Below, one piece after another: positions 1 through 5,999 of a stretch of 25,197 bases of DNA (within the stretch, counting starts at the first letter, position 1; every line of letters starts with the position of its first letter). The notes beneath the pieces are model-generated. The model saw nothing but the letters and a program-made list of their open reading frames with translations. It was not told the DNA's origin and did not search any database. The DNA lies in the NCBI GenBank assembly GCA_031285105.1, contig JAITWV010000169.1, positions 1 to 25,197 on the forward strand, in the 5' to 3' direction. Both the position numbers and the translations under genes were made by a program. This DNA is from Streptococcaceae bacterium. Its GTDB lineage: Bacteria > Bacillota > Bacilli > Lactobacillales > Streptococcaceae.

Positions 1-126
1 AAATATCCTGAATACACCGTGGCATCGTACTCAAAAGACAATTTCAAACTGACGAAACTTTGGATTGTTAACTGGGTGAAGGATGAATTTGAAGAAGTGG
101 ATTTAGAAAGATTATTAAGGAGATAG
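1..126 (+). CDS. 3' end of hypothetical phage protein (partial)
   Basis: Open frame from base 1 (KYPEYTVASYSKDNFKLTKLWIVNWVKDEFEEVDLERLLRR) to TAG at 124-126; next ATG follows at 128. Confidence 0.55.
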   Translation, partial: KYPEYTVASYSKDNFKLTKLWIVNWVKDEFEEVDLERLLRR

Positions 127-127
127 T

Positions 128-292
128 ATGTTGACATCAATAATAGCACTTATTCTATTAATTATTTACATAGTTTTAGAAGTTGTAAGAATTAAAGAAG
201 CTAAGAGGGCACATGTTTTCGTGGAAGAATTGAACGAAAAACTTCAAAAATTTATAGAGCTTTTGGAAGGAGAGGATGATCATGAGAATTAG
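128..292 (+). CDS. small protein with N-terminal transmembrane helix (54 aa), not in ORF track
   Basis: Manual translation MLTSIIALILLIIYIVLEVVRIKEAKRAHVFVEELNEKLQKFIELLEGEDDHEN. Its 3' end carries the SD (GGAGAGG) of the next gene. Confidence 0.65.
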   Translation: MLTSIIALILLIIYIVLEVVRIKEAKRAHVFVEELNEKLQKFIELLEGEDDHEN

Positions 293-503
293 ACCAAAAA
301 TGACCATTAATGCTTGGGAAGTAAAACCAGGTGTGATTGAAGAAATTGAAAAAGAGGGGTTCTATGATGTTGCTGAGTTTGTTAAAAAGCAGAATTTAAC
401 TCACGGGGATTATATTATTCGTTATTTAGGCAAGTCATTAAAAGTGATTTCTAAAGAACAATTTGAAGAACTTTATATGATTGTGGGTGATGGCGATGAT
501 TAA
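282..503 (+). CDS. conserved phage hypothetical protein (GDYII...FEE.Y motif)
   Basis: SD GGAGAGG favours ATG 282 over 276. GDYIIRYLGKSLKVISKEQFEELY resembles a common small-phage-protein motif. Confidence 0.7.
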   Translation: MRIRPKMTINAWEVKPGVIEEIEKEGFYDVAEFVKKQNLTHGDYIIRYLGKSLKVISKEQFEELYMIVGDGDD

Positions 504-804
504 CAAATATCCAGCAAGTGGTTTAGCGGTTGTAAATACTGAAGGTGAAGTGGAGTATCAATATCACAAGAATGCGTTTGAATTTAATTTGGCAACCGAT
601 AAAGAAATTACCACATTTGAAGAATTAAAGGTGCATCAAGGAATCAGATTTCCACATGAAAAGACGGAGTTGACCTATACGCATTCACAAGTTGTGGCGA
701 TGTTTCATGATTTTGCGAGTTTGCATGAGAATTCATATATGTTGGTGCAGAGTTTTGTTGCTAACGTATGGACGAAGAATGGGAAAGTAGAGGGGACAGA
801 ATGA
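496..804 (+). CDS. hypothetical phage protein
   Basis: Track ORF 481..804. Likely start ATG 496 (or 490), overlapping the upstream stop; ATGA-coupled to the next ORF at 801. Confidence 0.7.
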   Translation: MINKYPASGLAVVNTEGEVEYQYHKNAFEFNLATDKEITTFEELKVHQGIRFPHEKTELTYTHSQVVAMFHDFASLHENSYMLVQSFVANVWTKNGKVEGTE

Positions 805-950
805 GTAAGAAAATAGCGGTTATACATTCACACGGAAAATCGTATTATCCTATGCAATTCAAGGTTGGCGACGTAATTGTAGTTGATGGCGTGAAGTATG
901 AAGTTGTTAGCACACCGATTGAAGATTATTTTGTGGAGGTAGCAGAATGA
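801..950 (+). CDS. small hypothetical protein (49 aa), paralog of 1399..1554
   Basis: ATGA overlap at 801-804. Sequence MSKKIAVIHSHGKSYYPMQFKVGDVIVVDGVKYEVVSTPIEDYFVEVAE. Confidence 0.7.
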   Translation: MSKKIAVIHSHGKSYYPMQFKVGDVIVVDGVKYEVVSTPIEDYFVEVAE

Positions 951-1090
951 GCAAAAAGTGGGCTTTAGTTTTAAGCGTATTCCAAGCAGTTTGTTTGGTC
1001 GTCGGTATGTGGATGATTAGGAATGGACGTAATGATGGATTTGTAATTAGCGCAATTGGATTAATAATATTTAATCGTATGTTGAAATGA
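947..1090 (+). CDS. small two-helix membrane protein (47 aa), not in ORF track
   Basis: ATGA overlap at 947-950 and SD GGAGG upstream. Sequence MSKKWALVLSVFQAVCLVVGMWMIRNGRNDGFVISAIGLIIFNRMLK. Confidence 0.7.
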   Translation: MSKKWALVLSVFQAVCLVVGMWMIRNGRNDGFVISAIGLIIFNRMLK

Positions 1091-1105
1091 TAGGTGTGGC
1101 GATGA

Positions 1106-1354
1106 ATGGAAAAGTATAAAGGTGGTTTTTGGATAAGTTTTGATAATCCATGGGAAACGATTGAATTTTTACTAGACGAGCCAAAAAGTAATGACAAAGA
1201 ATTATGTTTTTTGACCTATGATGCCAACTTGTATGGATTACCTAATTTTCATACTTGGGATAAGGAATATCAAGAAAAGATAAAGGGAATGGTTTTGGCT
1301 CGATTCAAAGATTATGATGGTTCAATCTATCTTGATGGTATAAAGATTAAGTAG
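1106..1354 (+). CDS. hypothetical phage protein (82 aa)
   Basis: Track ORF, AGGTG SD-like element upstream, fits the gene chain. Confidence 0.7.
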   Translation: MEKYKGGFWISFDNPWETIEFLLDEPKSNDKELCFLTYDANLYGLPNFHTWDKEYQEKIKGMVLARFKDYDGSIYLDGIKIK

Positions 1355-1398
1355 AATAAATTTGAACTCTTAAATTGCAGAGTCTAGGAGGTTGGCGA

Positions 1399-1554
1399 AT
1401 GTTTGAAAAGATAGGCATAGTAGTTTCGGGCGGAAAAGAATACAAACCAATTCAATTTAGAGATGGGGAAATCATTGTTGTTGATGGAATGAAGCTTCAA
1501 GTCACTGGTTCATCTGGGAAGAACTATTTTAGGGAGATTAAGAAAATAGCATGA
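1399..1554 (+). CDS. small hypothetical protein (51 aa), paralog of 801..950, not in ORF track
   Basis: Strong SD AGGAGG. Sequence MFEKIGIVVSGGKEYKPIQFRDGEIIVVDGMKLQVTGSSGKNYFREIKKIA. Its stop overlaps ATG 1551 (ATGA). Confidence 0.75.
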   Translation: MFEKIGIVVSGGKEYKPIQFRDGEIIVVDGMKLQVTGSSGKNYFREIKKIA

Positions 1555-2594
1555 GTAATAAAGTTAAAAAAGTCATTGTCCCTGGTCAAACAATAAAGCT
1601 TTTGGATGGCGATGAAGTTTTTGTTGTGAATGTGTATGAAAATATTGCCACAATTATTACTAACGGTATTGGGAGAGTAATGCATCTAAAATCAAGAAAA
1701 TTGGTGCCTTACAATCCAAAAATAAAAACTATAGCTATTAAGCAAGGAGAAAAAATGGAGAAGAAAAACATTATTAAAATTGCAGTTGCTGGCGGAGTAG
1801 TACTTGTAGGCGGAATTATTGCTGCATTTACCTTTGTTGAAATGATTGATAACGGTCAAGTGGGTATTCGTTATTCAATCAATGGCGGCGTGCGTGATGA
1901 AGCATTAGGGCAAGGGGTGCATTTTGTAGGAATTGACAGAGTGACACAATTTCCAATCCACTTGCAATCTGTTCATGCAACAGGGTTAAATGTTTCAACT
2001 AGCGATGGTCGCTCAACAAACGTATCATTCCGCTATACATATCGTATTGACCCAACCAAAGCGAGTTTGATTTTTCGTGAGTTCGGTTCGTTACCCGTTG
2101 AAGATATTGAAGAAGGATGGATGACTGCTGAATTATTACGCGCTGCACGTCAAGTAATCTCGCAACATAATTTATTACAATTAGCTGGAGAAGAATCTGT
2201 CGCAATCCAAAATGAAATCAAAGCATTGTTTGAAGAATCAATTGCCCGCTTAGGTTTTGTTCTGGATAATTTAACACTTGGAGCACCACAACTAGACGAT
2301 GATACACAAGCGATGATTAATGGCATTATTCAAGCCGGACAAGCGCAAGAACGTGCACGATTAGAAGCAGAAACAGCTCGAATTAATGCCGATAGAGATG
2401 CCGATGTGGCTAGAACAAATGCCGATGCAGAAGCTTATGTCACTGAACGTAACGCTACAGCACAAGCACAAGCCAACAGAGAACTTGCCGAATCAATTAC
2501 ACCAGATTTAATTAGAATGGCAGAAGCTGAAGCACGAAAGTTACATGGTTGGGTGACAGTGAACGGTGCAGATGCGGTTGTTGTAGGTGATTAG
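1551..2594 (+). CDS. SPFH/band 7/prohibitin-domain membrane protein; second in-frame start at 1755 gives a 279-aa form
   Basis: TM segment IIKIAVAGGVVLVGGIIAAFTFV, then GQVGIRYSINGGVRDEALGQGVHF (SPFH N-terminus) and an Ala/Glu-rich C-terminal coiled coil. SD AAGGAG precedes ATG 1755. Confidence 0.85.
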   Translation: MSNKVKKVIVPGQTIKLLDGDEVFVVNVYENIATIITNGIGRVMHLKSRKLVPYNPKIKTIAIKQGEKMEKKNIIKIAVAGGVVLVGGIIAAFTFVEMIDNGQVGIRYSINGGVRDEALGQGVHFVGIDRVTQFPIHLQSVHATGLNVSTSDGRSTNVSFRYTYRIDPTKASLIFREFGSLPVEDIEEGWMTAELLRAARQVISQHNLLQLAGEESVAIQNEIKALFEESIARLGFVLDNLTLGAPQLDDDTQAMINGIIQAGQAQERARLEAETARINADRDADVARTNADAEAYVTERNATAQAQANRELAESITPDLIRMAEAEARKLHGWVTVNGADAVVVGD

Positions 2595-2610
2595 TTATTT
2601 AGGAGAAAAA

Positions 2611-2787
2611 ATGGACTTTAAAAAATTACATGTTTATTTATTCGTAGCAAGTTTCATTGTTGGGTTGACAGGAAGTATCGCATTGCTCTTTGTGAATGTT
2701 GCATTTGGAGTAGTCGTTCTTTTCTTCTTTTTAGCTATAACAGGATTGATAGCATGGTTTGTTAGCGAAGATGGTTATTTAGGATAA
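2611..2787 (+). CDS. small two-TM membrane protein (58 aa)
   Basis: SD AGGAG before ATG 2611, internal to track ORF 2587. Two hydrophobic stretches. Confidence 0.75.
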   Translation: MDFKKLHVYLFVASFIVGLTGSIALLFVNVAFGVVVLFFFLAITGLIAWFVSEDGYLG

Positions 2788-2912
2788 TGGCAGGGTTTGT
2801 AGGAAAAGGATTAGTGATTATCCTTATTGTAGGATTGCTAATTTTGGTAACGTATTTGGTCTTTAAAGTATTAGATGCGATTGAAAAAAATGATGATGAG
2901 TGGGATTTTTAG
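2787..2912 (+). CDS. small single-TM protein (41 aa), not in ORF track
   Basis: TAATG overlap at 2785-2789. Sequence MAGFVGKGLVIILIVGLLILVTYLVFKVLDAIEKNDDEWDF. Confidence 0.65.
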   Translation: MAGFVGKGLVIILIVGLLILVTYLVFKVLDAIEKNDDEWDF

Positions 2913-2922
2913 GTAAAAAAAT

Positions 2923-3063
2923 ATGCTAACTGAAATCATTAAAATATTTCTTGAAACGTGGGGTATTACAATAATCATTGCTGCAATAGCTCTTGTGATG
3001 GTATATGTAATAAAAAAATCGTTTAAAAAACAGGAGGGAGACGATGGCGAAAAAATTGAGTGA
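2923..3063 (+). CDS. small single-TM protein (46 aa), not in ORF track
   Basis: Sequence MLTEIIKIFLETWGITIIIAAIALVMVYVIKKSFKKQEGDDGEKIE. Its 3' end contains the SD of the next gene. Confidence 0.65.
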   Translation: MLTEIIKIFLETWGITIIIAAIALVMVYVIKKSFKKQEGDDGEKIE

Positions 3064-3442
3064 AATTGATCTAAAAAATTTGGAAGATCAATTTCGCAAT
3101 AAAAAAATTTGGAAAAATAATTTAGCTAGAATCGAGTTTTTTATACGAAAAAAAAATCCTGAAGCATCCGAAAATGAGATAAAAAAAATAATTGGAATGC
3201 ATAGTGGATTTGCATATTACACTAGACTTGTAAAAAATATCGAAGAAGCGTATGAAGAACTGCCTATGGATTTGAAAAAAATAGTTGATAAGTATTTTTG
3301 GGGTGAGTACCACTATTTGAACTGGAAAGAAATAGCAGACGTAGAAATCATTTCAGAATCAACTTCTTACAAACGTAGACGATATCCAATACTCGAAAAA
3401 CTAGCATACAAGAAAGGCGAGTTGTACGATGAGAATCACTAG
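3044..3442 (+). CDS. RinA/ArpU-like late transcriptional activator
   Basis: 132 aa with a sigma region-4-like C-terminal HTH (LPMDLKKIVDKYFW...WKEIADVEIISESTSYKRRRYPILEK), at the canonical position just before the packaging genes. Confidence 0.75.
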   Translation: MAKKLSEIDLKNLEDQFRNKKIWKNNLARIEFFIRKKNPEASENEIKKIIGMHSGFAYYTRLVKNIEEAYEELPMDLKKIVDKYFWGEYHYLNWKEIADVEIISESTSYKRRRYPILEKLAYKKGELYDENH

Positions 3443-3767
3443 ACCATGTAGGCAACCGCTCTGTAGCGACTTGACTGAAAAAACATACTGCGAAAATCAT
3501 GATGCGCACGATACTAGACACCGAAAAAAGCAGTATAACCAGCGGTGGCGACAAGAAAGCAAGCTGTTTTTGCTGCACAATCCATTGTGTGCCGATCCCT
3601 TTGGTTTACATGCTGCTGCAGGTGTCAGAGTGGTTGCGCGTGAGGTAGACCACAAAACCCCATGGAAAGGCAATACGCGGCTATTTTGGGAGCGGTCAAA
3701 CTGGCAATCATTATGCGAAAGCTGCCATTCAAAAAAGACAGCAAAATTTGACCGTCTGGAATACTAA
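3429..3767 (+). CDS. HNH endonuclease, HK97 gp74-like packaging accessory
   Basis: N-terminal PCRQPLC...YCENH zinc motif; YNQRWRQES; EVDHKTP...NWQSLCESCHSKKT HNH core; located upstream of terS. Confidence 0.92.
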   Translation: MRITRPCRQPLCSDLTEKTYCENHDAHDTRHRKKQYNQRWRQESKLFLLHNPLCADPFGLHAAAGVRVVAREVDHKTPWKGNTRLFWERSNWQSLCESCHSKKTAKFDRLEY

Positions 3768-3788
3768 TATATAGTGTTTGAAAACAGC

Positions 3789-3820
3789 AAAAAAACAAGG
3801 TCAACCGCCTTGTTTTTTTT
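3789..3820. terminator. bidirectional intrinsic terminator
   Basis: A7-CAAGG / loop TCAACCG / CCTTG-T8, lying between the convergent HNH gene (+) and the 412-aa gene (-). Confidence 0.85.
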
Positions 3821-3836
3821 GGCTTATATAATGCTG

Positions 3837-5075
3837 TTAAAAAAATGCCATTTGCTTGTCTTTTTTGCGTGTATAAATTTTGTGCTCTTTCGTTTGGTCC
3901 TGGTATTCTTTTTTAGTGATTTCACCAGCCCAATATTTTTCTAATAAAGCAACTTCAGGGCTTTTCACTTGTGGCGCTGGTTCGGTGGGTTTGGGCGGTT
4001 CTGGTTCGCCTGCAGGTGCAGAAAAATCAAATTTTTTTCTTTTTCTCTCTAAAAATTTTTCGTCGCTGATCCATTCTATTTCAATTTCATTGCTCCATTG
4101 TTTTTTGGTGATTTTTTTAATGCCTAAACTTTCCAAAGTCACAAGGTCATTTGTTGAAAAATTAAACTTTTTAGCGATGATTTCCTTTCCTGCATCGTCC
4201 TTTTTAATCATGATTTGATCAGCGTAACAAATATTTCTAGACTCTGGATCAAATGGGATTGCCTTCATGCTTTTTTGCGTCCGGCTTAAAATATAATAAG
4301 CCAATTTATTTTCAGGGTTGCGGTAAATTTTACCAACTTCAAAGAGGCCGCCAGCGTCAATGCTTTTATCAATTTCAGATTTTAAATGATCCGGGATAGG
4401 TAGCGCATCCGCATCAAGTTCTAAAAATTTAATTGTTTTAATAACGGCGTTCCTTGTTAGTTGACGGCCCCAGCACTTGCCACGAGGAGACCAGCGGAAA
4501 CCATTCTTTTTTATTTCTTGAATTTCTTCACGCTCGGGCTTTTCATCGTGATAGATTTCAATATAGCCGGGTGCATTCGCATCTTGTTTGATGCGTGTAT
4601 AGTTATATTTGATAGTGATGCCCTTTTCATCAAATCGGAACTCAGTACAAAACTTTTTTTGTTCGTTTAAAAATTCTTGATGCGCATCTGTTAATTTTTC
4701 AAGTTCTTTTTTGGTATTAGTAAAAAAATTATCGCGTTTGGTTTCGTGATCGATTGCGTAATTTTGCGCTGCATTTTGAACCTTTTCAAATTTCCTTGCT
4801 GGAAATTTTGCAGGACCAGCAACCGCCGCGCCGGGCATTGAATAAGCTTTCAGTTGAAAATTGAGAAAATAAGTCTTGTTTAAGTCGCTAAAAGCTAAAA
4901 AACGTTGATCAAGATAGTTGCGTTGTTTTTCGTTGTAAAATTCTTGTGGTGAAAAATGGTCAAAAAACAGGCGATCAAGAAAATAAAGTTGATTTTCAAA
5001 ATATGCCTCATCTTTTTGAAACATGCGATTATTATTCGTTGCCATCAAGGCCATTAAATCCATTTTATCTAACAT
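3837..5075 (-). CDS. multidomain hypothetical protein (412 aa); motifs resemble DUF3560-associated/polyvalent-type mobile-element proteins
   Basis: The protein is read from the reverse complement (CAT at 5088-5090 and 5073-5075, TTA at 3837-3839), so the track's + label is wrong. SD GGAGG 8 nt before ATG 5075 favours MLDK as the start. Motifs AGPAKFPARK, KKNGFRWSPRGKCW and FEVGKIY...SRTQKS. Confidence 0.85.
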   Translation of the reverse strand: MLDKMDLMALMATNNNRMFQKDEAYFENQLYFLDRLFFDHFSPQEFYNEKQRNYLDQRFLAFSDLNKTYFLNFQLKAYSMPGAAVAGPAKFPARKFEKVQNAAQNYAIDHETKRDNFFTNTKKELEKLTDAHQEFLNEQKKFCTEFRFDEKGITIKYNYTRIKQDANAPGYIEIYHDEKPEREEIQEIKKNGFRWSPRGKCWGRQLTRNAVIKTIKFLELDADALPIPDHLKSEIDKSIDAGGLFEVGKIYRNPENKLAYYILSRTQKSMKAIPFDPESRNICYADQIMIKKDDAGKEIIAKKFNFSTNDLVTLESLGIKKITKKQWSNEIEIEWISDEKFLERKRKKFDFSAPAGEPEPPKPTEPAPQVKSPEVALLEKYWAGEITKKEYQDQTKEHKIYTRKKDKQMAFF

Positions 5076-5096
5076 TTTCTTATCCTCCATTTTTTA

Positions 5097-5609
5097 TTAT
5101 GCTGCAGGTTGTAACGCCTGCAGCTGGTTAAATTCATTAATTGCGAATTGCATATAATGCGTTGGGTCGGTATCGCTTGGGATCATTTCATAATTGACGG
5201 CGGCGGTAATTAATTTTTGCATCAAGTCAAAAGCTGCTTCAATCGTTTCAACTTTTGGCGCTTCAGCTCGCACGCTTTCAACTTCAAGCGGGTCAAGATG
5301 CAATGATCCAATTTCAACAACTTGATAGTAGCAGCGACCGAACGGCCCGAGCATGAAGAATAGTTCGGATCCTTTTGAATAGGTGCCAGCGCTAAAAGCT
5401 TTCTTTTGTGACATGTAAACGCCACCAGCTGGCAAGAGTATCAAGTTAGCGCCACCGTATGCCTTGCCTGAAGCGTAAGAAGTTGGGTAACCCTTTTCTA
5501 AAATATCCAGGTAAACGGCTTCAATACACAAGTCTTTCATCTGATTCATTGCGATGCGCTTAACTTTTGGCGTGGTGTCTAATGTGGTTTGTAATTGTTG
5601 TTTTTTCAT
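5097..5609 (-). CDS. hypothetical protein (170 aa)
   Basis: SD GGAGG 9 nt before ATG 5609 (MKKQQLQTT). Ends a short distance upstream of the next gene's SD, an operon-like spacing. Confidence 0.8.
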   Translation of the reverse strand: MKKQQLQTTLDTTPKVKRIAMNQMKDLCIEAVYLDILEKGYPTSYASGKAYGGANLILLPAGGVYMSQKKAFSAGTYSKGSELFFMLGPFGRCYYQVVEIGSLHLDPLEVESVRAEAPKVETIEAAFDLMQKLITAAVNYEMIPSDTDPTHYMQFAINEFNQLQALQPAA

Positions 5610-5662
5610 GATTTTCAACCTCCATTTTTAAAGCCTTTTTAGTAACGAGCAACTAGAAAACG

Positions 5663-5671
5663 TGGTATAAT
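5663..5671 (+). promoter_or_regulatory. extended -10 promoter (TGGTATAAT) for antisense RNA
   Basis: Perfect TGnTATAAT pointing into the 3' end of the minus-strand small ORF. No good -35 seen. Confidence 0.7.
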
Positions 5672-5677
5672 AAACAC

Positions 5678-5806
5678 AATAGGAAGGGGGGCGAACCCCC
5701 ACTATTAAGCGAACAATTTGGATAAGATCCAAGCAATTGATGCTTCAAGTAAAGCCGTTAGCATTAATTGACCTAAAGCGATGAGTTTGAGCCTCGTCGC
5801 TTTTTT
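5678..5806 (+). ncRNA. putative ~130-nt antisense RNA (type I antitoxin-like)
   Basis: Starts just after the extended -10, has a 5' hairpin GGGGG-CGAA-CCCCC (5687-5700), and ends in a terminator at 5775-5806. Fully complementary to the 3' part of ORF 5705..5854. Confidence 0.55.
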
Positions 5807-5854
5807 GCGTGCCTCCTTTCGTTTTTTCGCTTTTCCTATTCGTGTTTCCTGCAT
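5705..5854 (-). CDS. small basic/hydrophobic peptide (49 aa), type I toxin-like, not in ORF track
   Basis: SD AAGGGAGGTG 8 nt upstream of ATG 5854. Sequence MQETRIGKAKKRKEARKKATRLKLIALGQLMLTALLEASIAWILSKLFA: Lys/Arg-rich N-terminus and a C-terminal TM-length helix. Confidence 0.75.
   Translation of the reverse strand: MQETRIGKAKKRKEARKKATRLKLIALGQLMLTALLEASIAWILSKLFA
5775..5806 (+). terminator. intrinsic terminator of the putative antisense RNA
   Basis: 11-bp stem AAAGCGATGAG / CTCGTCGCTTT (one G-U pair), 7-nt loop, T6 tract at 5801-5806. Confidence 0.65.
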
Positions 5855-5882
5855 GTGCATCACCTCCCTTCTTTTCGTCCAC

Positions 5883-5912
5883 AGTTTAAAACCTATTTAG
5901 CTAAATTGTAAA
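5883..5912 (-). promoter_or_regulatory. candidate sigmaA promoter of the minus-strand cassette, with palindromic operator
   Basis: -35 TTTACA (5912-5907), 18-bp spacer, -10 TAAACT (5888-5883). Perfect 12-bp palindrome ATTTAGCTAAAT at 5895-5906 in the spacer. Confidence 0.4.
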
Positions 5913-5999
5913 AGCAAAACTAAAACAACTTTTTAAAACGTTTACATTTTTTGTTGCGCTATATAGATATAAAGTTATTAAGAATTTCTTAAGATGATT

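Noticed and set aside
3837-5090. ORF track's + strand label for the 417-aa protein
   Set aside because: The listed peptide matches only the reverse complement (CAT at 5088-5090, TTA at 3837-3839). The gene is on the minus strand and probably starts at 5075.
3880-5131. + strand ORFs 3880..4218, 4461..4670, 4946..5131
   Set aside because: Shadows of the real minus-strand 412-aa gene.
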